Source: Candidatus Freyarchaeum deiterrae
GTDB lineage: Archaea; Asgardarchaeota; Jordiarchaeia; Jordiarchaeales; Jordiarchaeaceae
DNA: 64,000 nucleotides
Reading direction: 5' to 3'
Assembly: GCA_037305845.1 (NCBI GenBank)
Contig: CP147778.1
Coordinates: forward strand, 992,001-1,056,000
Notes under the pieces: model-generated
Databases searched by the model: none
Seen by the model: only the letters and a program-made list of their open reading frames with translations
Told to the model about the DNA's origin: nothing
Shown here: one piece after another, positions 1 through 9,321 of the stretch
Layout of the letters: every line of letters starts with the position of its first letter
Numbering within the stretch: the stretch's first letter is position 1
Made by a program: the position numbers and the translations under genes

Positions 1-2
1 TT

Positions 3-497
3 CGAATATCAAAACAAACCGGATTAGATCCTCATGAATTCCTAAATTGCACAATCCCTGAAAAAGGAGTGGAAGAATCATTTAAGGGTGTTCCGAGATT
101 CATGGGACAAGATGAAAAAAAGTGGATACTGTGCATTAAAGAAAATGAGAAGACTAGCGGTTGTATGTTTAACAGTTCTGGACCCTGTGGGATTTATCCA
201 GCCCGACCGTATGTATGCCACGCGTTTCCCTTTCTTTGGAGAAGGGACAACGATACAGATGTATTCACGTTTAACAAGGACTCTGTGGAGTTTTGCAAGG
301 GTTTGAAAGGAAAGGTGAACAAATACCCCTTTGATGCAGTAGCCAAGGATATGAGAATATCAGAAAAAGAGGACAAGGAATACGCTCAAATTTGTAAGGA
401 ATGGAACGACCGCGTGGAAAAGAAAGAAATAGAGTCTCCTTCATTAGAATCGTTCATCGACTTTATTATGAAAAAAGCGTCAGATGAAGGAAATTGA
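3..497 (+). CDS. YkgJ/CxxCxxCC-family cysteine cluster protein (5'-partial)
   Basis: Motif C-MF...CGIYPARPYVCHAFPF...C. The frame is open from position 3 (RISKQTGLDPHEF...), so the gene starts before the window. Confidence 0.75.
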   Translation, partial: RISKQTGLDPHEFLNCTIPEKGVEESFKGVPRFMGQDEKKWILCIKENEKTSGCMFNSSGPCGIYPARPYVCHAFPFLWRRDNDTDVFTFNKDSVEFCKGLKGKVNKYPFDAVAKDMRISEKEDKEYAQICKEWNDRVEKKEIESPSLESFIDFIMKKASDEGN

Positions 498-1357
498 CCT
501 ATAGAGAATTATACCTCACCCCTCAGAACGTATTCTTGGGAAGGACAACACTCTACAAGGAAGCAAAATTTGCACTATTCGGAGTTCCCTTCGACGGAAC
601 TTCCTCTTATTTGCCCGGCGCGCGATTTGCCCCCTCAGCCATTAGAGAGGCTTCCCGTAATTTGGAATCATTCAGTCTAAGAAGTCTTAAGGATGCAGAG
701 GACGCAAAATTCTGTGACCTAGGAGACATCGACGTGATTCAAGGGGATGTCCACCAGACACTTGACAGAGTGGAAAAGATAGTAGCGGAATTAAACCATG
801 ACAACAAAACGACCATAATGCTGGGTGGCGAACACACCATGACGCTGGGGGTTGTAAGAGGATTGGGGAAAGATGTGGGAATAATAGATTTTGACGCTCA
901 TATGGATTTAATAAGCGGATATTTGGACCAGCAATTAAGTCACGCAACATTCATGAGGAAGATATTGGACGAGGGCTCAGAAATTCTTCAAGTAGGAGTA
1001 AGATCAATTAACAGAAAAGAATACGAATTTGCCACTCAAAAAAATTGGAATTATGTAACATCTCTCGAAATTCAAAAAGAAGGAGTGAAGAAAGCTCTGG
1101 ATAAGATAAAGGAGTTTCAATCAGAAAGAGACCGCATCTACCTAACCATAGATATGGACGTCCTTGACCCCGCTTACGCACCCAGTGTGGGAAATCCGGA
1201 GCCAGGAGGACTAACTTCATCCCAGTTACTTGATTTACTAGAAGTCTGCGACAAAATTGTAGGATTCGATGTAGTAGAAGTAACACATGGAGAACGAATC
1301 ACCGCTATTACCGCGGCGAAAATAATTTTGGAATTATTATGCTTGACCAAAGTCTAA
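494..1357 (+). CDS. speB: Agmatinase (arginase/ureohydrolase family)
   Basis: GGEHT, DFDAHMD and DMDVLDPAYAP-GNPEPGG metal-binding motifs. Confidence 0.9.
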   Translation: MTYRELYLTPQNVFLGRTTLYKEAKFALFGVPFDGTSSYLPGARFAPSAIREASRNLESFSLRSLKDAEDAKFCDLGDIDVIQGDVHQTLDRVEKIVAELNHDNKTTIMLGGEHTMTLGVVRGLGKDVGIIDFDAHMDLISGYLDQQLSHATFMRKILDEGSEILQVGVRSINRKEYEFATQKNWNYVTSLEIQKEGVKKALDKIKEFQSERDRIYLTIDMDVLDPAYAPSVGNPEPGGLTSSQLLDLLEVCDKIVGFDVVEVTHGERITAITAAKIILELLCLTKV

Positions 1358-1400
1358 ATACTGCCCAGAGCCTAATCCAAAATAAGCAGCCTGATTTATT

Positions 1401-2192
1401 TTATGTCTCAATTTCTTCCAGAGGCTTCATAAACCCAACATCTTTGTGCCTTATATAAACTCGAGGTAAATTGACCTTTTTTGCCAACCCTAGAAGAAGT
1501 TCAACGCTGGGCGACTTTAATTTTTTGAATTCATCACTAAAAGCATTAGCCGGCTCAAATTGTTGCAGGGTGTAGCTCGCCTCTCTCTTCTCCACTTTAG
1601 GGATATATCCGAGATCCCTCAAAACATCTCCTATATTCTCATAGTACCTCTCTTCGCCGTTCAACGTAGGAATAACAGAAGTTCTCAAATCCGCGTAGCA
1701 ATGACTCCCGAATACAATCTTTATGGTCTGTATCAGATTTTCAATTATCTTCTCTCCGTCGTCTAATCCCGTTAATTTGCTATACAGCTCAGGATTATTA
1801 AACGGGGCCTTAACATCTATGGAAACCAAGGCGGTCTTACTTACAAGTTCCTTTACACTTTCAGGGAAAAATCCGTTAGTATCAAATCCGAAAGAGAGAC
1901 CCTTCTTTTCACAATAATTAGCAATTTCCATAAGAAATTCAGGATAAAGGGTCGGCTCCCCACCAGAAACCTTAACCGCTTCAATAAAAGAACTAGCCTT
2001 TTCGATTCTTTCAAAAACCCTAGATAACTCAACCTCCCGATCCGAGGTCGCTTCCATCATCCGCCAATTGTGACACATAGGACACTGAAACCGGCAGCCC
2101 GCAACGAAAACAACCATAGCCGGCTTCTGAGGATAATCAATAGTGCTAAAATCCAAGATCCCATAAACATACGCTTTCACAGAAACCACCAA
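1401..2192 (-). CDS. nrdG: Anaerobic ribonucleotide reductase activating protein-like radical SAM enzyme
   Basis: STIDYP N-terminus, CxxxCxxC (CRFQCPMCHN), SGGEPT, DTNG, YTLQQF. Confidence 0.8.
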   Translation of the reverse strand: MVVSVKAYVYGILDFSTIDYPQKPAMVVFVAGCRFQCPMCHNWRMMEATSDREVELSRVFERIEKASSFIEAVKVSGGEPTLYPEFLMEIANYCEKKGLSFGFDTNGFFPESVKELVSKTALVSIDVKAPFNNPELYSKLTGLDDGEKIIENLIQTIKIVFGSHCYADLRTSVIPTLNGEERYYENIGDVLRDLGYIPKVEKREASYTLQQFEPANAFSDEFKKLKSPSVELLLGLAKKVNLPRVYIRHKDVGFMKPLEEIET

Positions 2193-2317
2193 TAGGAGTC
2201 ATAATAGAAAAATTCTTTAATAACATAAAACATTTCATAACAACTAATCTAAACCAAGTATTTAAATATAATATATTTATTCCCGTTCTTTGAAAATGAG
2301 CAAAAGGGGCTCTAAAT

Positions 2318-2743
2318 ATGGAAAAGCGTGAAAATCCATACCAAGAAACGCAGTTCACAACAATAAACTCAAAGAATCGAATTGCACTCCCCCAAAAAAT
2401 TTGTGAAATGCTAGATATCAAAGAAGGCACCCGATTTCTAGTAATACCAGATAAATCAAAATCCAGAATCACACTCTACCCAATAATTCTTGGAAAAGAG
2501 AAATTCGCCGAGCTACACATGAAGCTAAGGAACATCCCAGGAGTTTTAGGTAAAGTGGCAACCGAGCTAGGAAAAATGAACATCAACATCGAATCCAGCA
2601 TAGTCCCTCCAAGTGCTGAGAAAATAAGTGATTTTTACGCAGTAATCAACTTTGCACAATGCAAACTCTCAATAGTAGAAGCAGAAGAAAAACTCAGAAA
2701 ACTCGAAAACATCATCGAAGCCGAAATTATACCAATCGAATAA
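2318..2743 (+). CDS. AbrB/MazE-type DNA-binding domain fused to an ACT domain (putative regulator)
   Basis: INSKNRIALPQKICEMLDIKEG (AbrB-like) followed by NIPGVLGKVATELGKMNINI (ACT). Confidence 0.75.
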   Translation: MEKRENPYQETQFTTINSKNRIALPQKICEMLDIKEGTRFLVIPDKSKSRITLYPIILGKEKFAELHMKLRNIPGVLGKVATELGKMNINIESSIVPPSAEKISDFYAVINFAQCKLSIVEAEEKLRKLENIIEAEIIPIE

Positions 2744-2840
2744 ATAAAAAACGGGAAACCTTGAAAAACAGGAAAAAAGTTTTATTCATTCAATAGGGCT
2801 AATTCAAAAAACTGAACCAATTTTTTCAGATTATTTATCG

Positions 2841-3581
2841 GTGGTATTATTATTGAAATCAAGCAAACGCAAGCATGAGGACGATGAGCTTGTCCCAATC
2901 ATCCCAAGCGAATTCGAGACAGTTCAGGGCATAGAACATAGGAACACGGGGATACTTTTGGGCTTTGGGATTACTGCGTTGGCTTTGATTATTTCTTTTT
3001 TGTTTGCTTATCGTTATTCCGTTTTGGATTCGACTATGATTATTACTGCGTTGGCTTCTTCTATTTCGTTTTTTGTTTTTTCACTTAGGACGCGTATTCT
3101 TGCTCTTTATCTTACTCATCATGAGTCGATAACCAAAGATAAAACCTTCTTAAAGGATATTTGGAGGTTGACTTTACGTGCGGATGCTTCTAATGAGGTG
3201 GGGTTGGCTTTGATTTTGGTTGGTATTTTTCTTTTTCTGATGATTATTGAGTTGGTGATTCCTGCTGTTGTTATGATGATAATTTTGAATCTTCTTTTCG
3301 GTAGGTGGAGTTTTCAGAGGATGGAGGTGGGTGTGAAGGAGAGGTTTAAGGCTATGCCGCATACTAGGGCTTTGATATCTAGGTTTAGGAATTTCGCTAG
3401 GTTTATGATTGTGTTTACGAGAGTCTGGATTCCGGTCTTTATGACGACGTATTATCTGGTTGCGCAGTATTCGGAAATTTTTCCTGCGGATAGTTTTTAC
3501 TGGGTCTTATTATTTTTGGGTGGGGTAGTTCTCTCGGTTGTTTATGTTTTTAGGACGGAGGAACAAGTTTCAATCATATGA
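2841..3581 (+). CDS. Hypothetical multi-pass membrane protein
   Basis: 246-aa ORF with about 6 hydrophobic segments. Confidence 0.6.
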   Translation: MVLLLKSSKRKHEDDELVPIIPSEFETVQGIEHRNTGILLGFGITALALIISFLFAYRYSVLDSTMIITALASSISFFVFSLRTRILALYLTHHESITKDKTFLKDIWRLTLRADASNEVGLALILVGIFLFLMIIELVIPAVVMMIILNLLFGRWSFQRMEVGVKERFKAMPHTRALISRFRNFARFMIVFTRVWIPVFMTTYYLVAQYSEIFPADSFYWVLLFLGGVVLSVVYVFRTEEQVSII

Positions 3582-3739
3582 ATTTTCTCTCAAAAGACGG
3601 GTTTTCCTTCTTCTTTTGTTGTTTGAATATTTTTACTTGCTTGGGCTTCTTTGTTGTTGATGGAGGATTCTTTTGTGGGATGGTTATGGTGTGAATGGGA
3701 AAAAATGGTTATTTTTGATGGATTTTTTTTGGGTGGGTT

Positions 3740-4399
3740 TTATTTTTTGGGTTTGTTGGATGTTAATTCTGTGTTTTGTAGTACTTTGAGTGTTTTCGTG
3801 TGGTTGCCGCCGTGGTTAATGAATTTTTTTATGTCTTCGATTTCGTCTAAGTCGAGGGTTACTCTTGGTGAATTGTAGATTTTTGGTTCTATGTTTATTT
3901 TTCGGGATTCGTCGAGGTGTTTTTGGAAGCTGTTTTTTCCGAATTTTGGTTCTATGATTTTGGGTGGGGTTCTGTAGAGGATGTTTGTTCCTCCGGTTAG
4001 TGAGGGTGAGAGGATTACGGTGGGTTTTGTTTTTCCTCTAGTGATTATTGTGTCGATGTCTTGGGGTTTGATTAGGGGTAGGTCGGCTGGGATGACGAGT
4101 GTGGCTTCAGCGTTCATCTTTGTTGTGCTGTATTCGGTGGCTTCTGTTATTGCTTGGTTTATTCCTCGGGGTTTATCCTCGGGTAGTAGTGTGGCGTTTT
4201 TTGGGATGATGCTTTCTATTTCTCTGTCGGAAGTTATCACGATAAGGTGATTTGCCCTTTTGGATGAGGATACTGCTAGGATCACGTCGGAAAGCATGGC
4301 TGTTACTAAACGTTTCCTTAGGTCGTCTGAGATTTCGTTTGCTAGGCGTGATTTGGATTCCGCCAGACCTTTGAAAGGAATTATAACGTTTACGTTCAA
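3740..4399 (-). CDS. cofC: 2-phospho-L-lactate/PEP guanylyltransferase CofC
   Basis: IIPFKGLAESKSRL, PADLPLI, GGTN, FGKNSFQKH, LDLDEIED; F420 operon context. Confidence 0.9.
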   Translation of the reverse strand: MNVNVIIPFKGLAESKSRLANEISDDLRKRLVTAMLSDVILAVSSSKRANHLIVITSDREIESIIPKNATLLPEDKPRGINQAITEATEYSTTKMNAEATLVIPADLPLIKPQDIDTIITRGKTKPTVILSPSLTGGTNILYRTPPKIIEPKFGKNSFQKHLDESRKINIEPKIYNSPRVTLDLDEIEDIKKFINHGGNHTKTLKVLQNTELTSNKPKK

Positions 4400-4458
4400 T
4401 GTTTTTCCTCTGGGAGGGATTTCTGTGTATAGCTTATTTATATTGCCTACCTAATATT

Positions 4459-5238
4459 TTATGCCTTATTTTTTTTTAGGGCGTTCTCAACTTCTAGTGC
4501 GAGTTTTCCAACCATTTTGGGGTCGCTGAGTGTGTGTCTCGCGACCGAGACTGCTTGTGCTCCTGCTTTGAGCATTTTTAGAGCTTTATCTACGCTGTTG
4601 ACAGAGTTGTTGCCGATTAAGAATGTTTTACTTTTCTTTGATACTCGTCTGATGGTCTCCAAATCTGCTTGGGGATAACCGGGTTTCATAGCATCGATGT
4701 GGAGAGCGTCAACTCCAAGGGATTCCAGAATTTTTGCTAGTGATACATCGTCTACCACATTCGCCCGCCACTTTACGATTAGTGGAATCTTCAATATTCC
4801 TTTCAAACTTTTTATCCATTCTATGAGTTTTTCAGGATTGAAGAGTAGAGCTTCGCCTCCGCCCACCTGTGTGATTTCCGGTTGTCTGCAATGAGCATTT
4901 AGTTCGAAAGCTTCTGCTCCACTGTTTTGTACAATTTCTACCGCCTTTAGCAACCCTTTCTGGGTAGCCGCCCTAACATTCACTGCTACAGGGGTGGTTC
5001 CTTTTTTTGCTATTGCTACCTCTTGAATCAGAAAATTTTCCAGATTACCTAACTCCACGTTAAACTCGCTTCTTCCACTGGCTTTTATTTTGAGCCCTGC
5101 GCTAATTGTTGGAATGTCGAAGTTTATGCCGCCTATTGTAACCATTCCCGCTCCCGCTTTAGCCGCTTCAAAACAGAATTTGCCATCGCAGATACCAGCC
5201 ATTGCAGCTAAAATTACAGGGTTTCTAATGCTTATCAT
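4459..5238 (-). CDS. MJ0144-like dihydrouridine-synthase-like FMN TIM-barrel protein
   Basis: LAAMAGICD, ELNAHCRQPE..GGGEALL, IGNNSV, VSVAR; overlaps the cofD stop codon. Confidence 0.8.
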   Translation of the reverse strand: MISIRNPVILAAMAGICDGKFCFEAAKAGAGMVTIGGINFDIPTISAGLKIKASGRSEFNVELGNLENFLIQEVAIAKKGTTPVAVNVRAATQKGLLKAVEIVQNSGAEAFELNAHCRQPEITQVGGGEALLFNPEKLIEWIKSLKGILKIPLIVKWRANVVDDVSLAKILESLGVDALHIDAMKPGYPQADLETIRRVSKKSKTFLIGNNSVNSVDKALKMLKAGAQAVSVARHTLSDPKMVGKLALEVENALKKNKA

Positions 5239-6179
5239 TTTTCAGCCCCTAATCTTTTTATTACAAGCTTAGCGAGATTCACTTTATCATTTTCATTCTT
5301 CATAATAATATTAGCGCAAAAAACTCTGATACCTAGCGCCCTGATTCTTTCAGTAAGAGCCTCATCACAGTTATCTATGAAAATTTCATCTATGAGCCCT
5401 TGATAAACAAGGGCGACACCGAAGGAGGATACTTCTACGCCTATTCCGCTCAATAGATTCCCAGCCGGTCCACTAATTGGTTCACTTCCCACTATGGGGC
5501 TGATGCAAATTCTCTTAACTTCAGTGCCTTCCAAGGCTTTCCTTATACCGGGTACACCAAGAATTGGATTTATACTGGTGACTGGATTGCTGGGACCGAT
5601 TATTATCCCATCGGCTTTGTTTATTGATTCGGTTACCCCTGGAGCCGGTTTCGCTTTTTTTATTCCCCTGAAATTTACGCCTAAGACCTTATCTTTCCCT
5701 TTTCTCTTTACCCAGAATTCTTGGAAGGGAAGGGTTCCTTTGTCTGTTTTTACAAAGGTGCTAATTTTTTCATTGGACATGGGTAGAATTTTCACTTTTA
5801 TATTGAATGCGCGGCATAGGGAAGCAGCGACTTCGGTGAGGTTGTGCCCTCTCTTAAGTAGCATAGTTCTGTGGAAATGGGTCGCTAGGTCTCGGTCTCC
5901 TACTGAAAACCAATCTTCATATCCGTATCTTTTAATCATATTTAGGAAGTGGAAGGTGTCTTCTTTGATTCCCCAGAACTTGTTTTCGTCGAGGAGACCT
6001 GCCAGAAGGTAGACAGCCGTGTCTAGATCCGGGCTGACGTATAGACCCAGCCATTCAAAGTCGTCAGCCGTGTTAACTATAATTGTTAATTCTTCAGGTT
6101 TTAAGAGAGTAAGGAGTCCCTGAACGAGTTTAAGACTGCCTGTTCCCCCGGACAGTACGGTTATCATTGTTTCACTCAC
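5235..6179 (-). CDS. cofD: 2-phospho-L-lactate transferase CofD
   Basis: LSGGTGSLKL, VNTADD, VSPDLDT, GDRDLATH, FQEFWV, GPSNPVTSI. Confidence 0.93.
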   Translation of the reverse strand: MSETMITVLSGGTGSLKLVQGLLTLLKPEELTIIVNTADDFEWLGLYVSPDLDTAVYLLAGLLDENKFWGIKEDTFHFLNMIKRYGYEDWFSVGDRDLATHFHRTMLLKRGHNLTEVAASLCRAFNIKVKILPMSNEKISTFVKTDKGTLPFQEFWVKRKGKDKVLGVNFRGIKKAKPAPGVTESINKADGIIIGPSNPVTSINPILGVPGIRKALEGTEVKRICISPIVGSEPISGPAGNLLSGIGVEVSSFGVALVYQGLIDEIFIDNCDEALTERIRALGIRVFCANIIMKNENDKVNLAKLVIKRLGAEK

Positions 6180-6186
6180 TCTCTGT

Positions 6187-6933
6187 TTATCGGAACATGT
6201 CCTTTTCGGACCGTCTCATTAAATCGTTAACAGTTCCTTCTCCCTCAATATAGTTGAATCCTCTTATTATGACGACGGGAATTCCTTCGTTAGCCTCTCC
6301 CATTATGAGCTCCGCGGCTGAAGCCAGTTCATCTGCTATGCCAACTATTGTGGATTTTAACACGTAACCGAATAAATCCACATCGCCACGTCTATCCCAC
6401 AGAGGCTTCATTCCAGACACACCCAAAGCAACATTTATCGCGCCCTCTCTGAAGGGTCTACCGTGAGTGTCTGAAATTATTACCGCAACCTTGACTCCAG
6501 TCAACTTTTCCAATTCAGTCCTTATTTCTCTAGCTGATTTCACTGAATCCTTGGGCAGAAGAGTGACGAAATTCTCACCGGGCATGTTTGATTTGTCTAC
6601 TCCAGAGTTTGCGCAAATATAACCATGCTTGGTTTCTGTGATAATAGCGTACTCCATTCTAATGATTTGTCTTGCTTCCCTAAAAATAACCTCGACTTGG
6701 CGGGGATCCTTTTCGAACCGTTCACCAGTTCGTATAGCCAGATCTGAGGGAACCACTGTATTGAGATTGACTATGCTGCCCTCTGCTCTAGAAACTATGG
6801 TTTGGGCGATGACGAAAACATCCTTGTTTTGAATTTCTATTCCTTGAGCCTCAGCGGCTTCTACAATTAATTTTGGAACGTTGTCCCCTTCCTGAACTAT
6901 AGGAATTTCTTTAATGCCCATTATTTGAATCAT
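6187..6933 (-). CDS. cofE: Coenzyme F420-0:L-glutamate ligase CofE
   Basis: IVSRAEG, ANSGVDKSN, SDTHGRPFREG, ADELASAAELIMGE; no C-terminal nitroreductase domain. Confidence 0.93.
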   Translation of the reverse strand: MIQIMGIKEIPIVQEGDNVPKLIVEAAEAQGIEIQNKDVFVIAQTIVSRAEGSIVNLNTVVPSDLAIRTGERFEKDPRQVEVIFREARQIIRMEYAIITETKHGYICANSGVDKSNMPGENFVTLLPKDSVKSAREIRTELEKLTGVKVAVIISDTHGRPFREGAINVALGVSGMKPLWDRRGDVDLFGYVLKSTIVGIADELASAAELIMGEANEGIPVVIIRGFNYIEGEGTVNDLMRRSEKDMFR

Positions 6934-7168
6934 TTTTCAACCCTCTAAATGTTGAAGTACATAGAGAAAATATGGTATTTAAGTGAACTGTTAGAAGAGA
7001 ATAACCAACTTTTACGGGTTTTTATATTTTAAGAATGGATTTAGGGGCGGCTCTTATAAAAACTCTTTGTCCAAAAAATGGGCTTATTAAAAAAAGATAG
7101 GGAGTTGCATTTATTGCCTTACTTGTTAATTAGGGAAGCAAAACCAGAAAGTAAGTTTATTGCATTTT

Positions 7169-7603
7169 TTACTCATCGGGCGCGAGTGTACCGTCTACTA
7201 TTTTGGCGATTATGTTTTCATTTGCGTAGAATGTTGCATTTTTAAAATCAAATCCTTTTGTGTCTATGCTCAGTTCGTCAATCATGTTCCCGAATGTACA
7301 CACGTTAACAATTTCAATGATCTTTTTGGTTATATCATACTTTTTTGACTTGTATCTCACTATAATAGTCTGGTTTTCCCAATCTACTTCAGCGCCGTAC
7401 ATTTGCCTCTGTAAATTTATAGCTTCCACAATGTCGATGCTAGGATTTGATTTCATCATTTGTTCGGGTGAAGGGACACTGATTCCTTCTTTTCTTAAAA
7501 GTGAGTGTTGAACAAACATTCCAAGAAGCCAACAGCGATTAAATCTGGCAGACCAAACTTTAGGTCTTAGCGCATCACCATTACCAGACAACAGTTTCAC
7601 CAA
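7169..7603 (-). CDS. Hypothetical protein
   Basis: 144-aa ORF filling the gap between operons; no recognised motif. Confidence 0.55.
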   Translation of the reverse strand: MVKLLSGNGDALRPKVWSARFNRCWLLGMFVQHSLLRKEGISVPSPEQMMKSNPSIDIVEAINLQRQMYGAEVDWENQTIIVRYKSKKYDITKKIIEIVNVCTFGNMIDELSIDTKGFDFKNATFYANENIIAKIVDGTLAPDE

Positions 7604-7804
7604 TTATTATATAAACAAGTGGGTCTAATAAACGATTTCAAGTGTGTAAATATAAATATAATTTTTAATAAATAAAAGCATAATCACAAAAATATAGTGT
7701 TATAAATGTATTAAAGCATGATGTCACTAGTCCTAGAGAACAGAAATCAAAGTAAATTGAACATCACAATAATCTTTTTTGGTAATTTAATTGTAGCTAA
7801 TTTG

Positions 7805-8377
7805 TTAATTCGTAGAGTCCTTTTTAGTGAGGCTTCTACCTAGTTTAACCCCTCTTATTAAAGCCTGAACGTTTTTCTCCTTTACATTCTCTTTCAAGTC
7901 CAATTGTTCCATCACGTCTAGTAAAGAATTCAGAATTGATTCTTCTGAAACGATATCTGTTATCCCTATTAGGGCCCCAAGCATTATCATGTTAGCAGTT
8001 GTTGTTGACTGGAAATCGGACTCAGCGATTTGAGTCGAAGGGATTCTGAAAATTTTAAAATTATTTTCCTGGGAGAATTTAGCATTCTCATCGATTAAAA
8101 GTAAACCTCCCTCCTTTAAACCGCTGGTAAATTCCTCCAAGGATTCGTCGGTTAATGAAACCAGAATGTCAGGCTTCGTTACGATAGGACAAACCACCTC
8201 GTTATCAGAAATTATGACATCAGAAGTAGTTGATCCTCCTCTCATCCTCGACTCATAGTTTTGAATATTAGTAGCGTTTTTTTCCTCATAAATCACCGCG
8301 GCACGTGACAAGACAAGCCCCAAAAACACGATTCCCTGGCCGCCTCTTCCAATAAACTGTATCTCTAAGGTCGCCAA
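7805..8377 (-). CDS. korC: 2-oxoacid:ferredoxin oxidoreductase gamma subunit
   Basis: GRGGQGI, MRGGSTTSDV, ANMIMLGAL. Confidence 0.85.
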   Translation of the reverse strand: MATLEIQFIGRGGQGIVFLGLVLSRAAVIYEEKNATNIQNYESRMRGGSTTSDVIISDNEVVCPIVTKPDILVSLTDESLEEFTSGLKEGGLLLIDENAKFSQENNFKIFRIPSTQIAESDFQSTTTANMIMLGALIGITDIVSEESILNSLLDVMEQLDLKENVKEKNVQALIRGVKLGRSLTKKDSTN

Positions 8378-8404
8378 AATTAATTCCCTTCTTCTTCTTC
8401 TATC

Positions 8405-9292
8405 CTATTCTCTTAAAGATAATTCAAGCCAGTCCAAGTGCGGCTTCTTCAGTTTAATGATTCCCCTTTGCACACCCTCAATTAGCTTCCTATACTCAAA
8501 AGTCATTTCCGGTCTTTCCCGGTCAACAAATTCACCCAGTATCAGTTTACCAGCTGTTTCCCTTTGGGGAAGATTCTTCGCCCTTTCCAGTTTTAAAGTA
8601 CGCTCGTTAAACCAATCCATTAGTTTCTTAGGGTCTGATAGTTCGTTCTTTCTACCAAACTGTGTGGGACACTGACTGATAACTTCTATATAAGAGAACC
8701 CCCGCTTTTGTATGCCCTTGATTATTGAATTTATCACTCTCTTGGGTTGAACGGTACTCCATCGAGCCACATAACTTGCACCGGCACTCGTTACCAGTTC
8801 GCAGAGATCAAAAAAGCCTTCAATAACGCCATAGGGAGAGGTGTAGGTGTACGCGCCCACGGGTGTAGTGGGGCTCGTCTGGCTACCGGTCAAAGCATAA
8901 ACCAGATTGTTAACGCTGATTACGGTCATATCGATGTTTCTCCTAGCAGCATGCACCAGATGTGAAATTCCTATAGCTCCGCTATCACCATCCCCGGTGA
9001 AGACGATTACTTCGAAATCAGGGTTGAAGAGTTTAATGCCCGTAGCAAAGGCCACGGCTCTCCCATGCGTGGTGTGCAGACTATCAGCGTTAATATATCC
9101 AGGTATTCGCCCCGAGCATCCTATCCCGGAAACAAAAACAGTTTCATCTATGTTTATGCCCAGTTCGTCAATAGCCCTAAGGGCGCAGTTAAGTACTATT
9201 CCATTTCCGCAACCCGGGCAGAAAACCGTGGGAAGCCTATCCTCCCGCAAATATTTTCTCAAAGGCTGAATAACACCAGTAGTTTCGCTCAT
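8405..9292 (-). CDS. korB: 2-oxoacid:ferredoxin oxidoreductase beta subunit (TPP-binding)
   Basis: FCPGCG, SGIGCSGR, HTTHGRA, GDGD, QTSPTTP; start placed at MSETT. Confidence 0.9.
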   Translation of the reverse strand: MSETTGVIQPLRKYLREDRLPTVFCPGCGNGIVLNCALRAIDELGINIDETVFVSGIGCSGRIPGYINADSLHTTHGRAVAFATGIKLFNPDFEVIVFTGDGDSGAIGISHLVHAARRNIDMTVISVNNLVYALTGSQTSPTTPVGAYTYTSPYGVIEGFFDLCELVTSAGASYVARWSTVQPKRVINSIIKGIQKRGFSYIEVISQCPTQFGRKNELSDPKKLMDWFNERTLKLERAKNLPQRETAGKLILGEFVDRERPEMTFEYRKLIEGVQRGIIKLKKPHLDWLELSLRE

Positions 9293-9321
9293 GTTTCCAC
9301 ATCCTTCGCCTTCTATAATGT

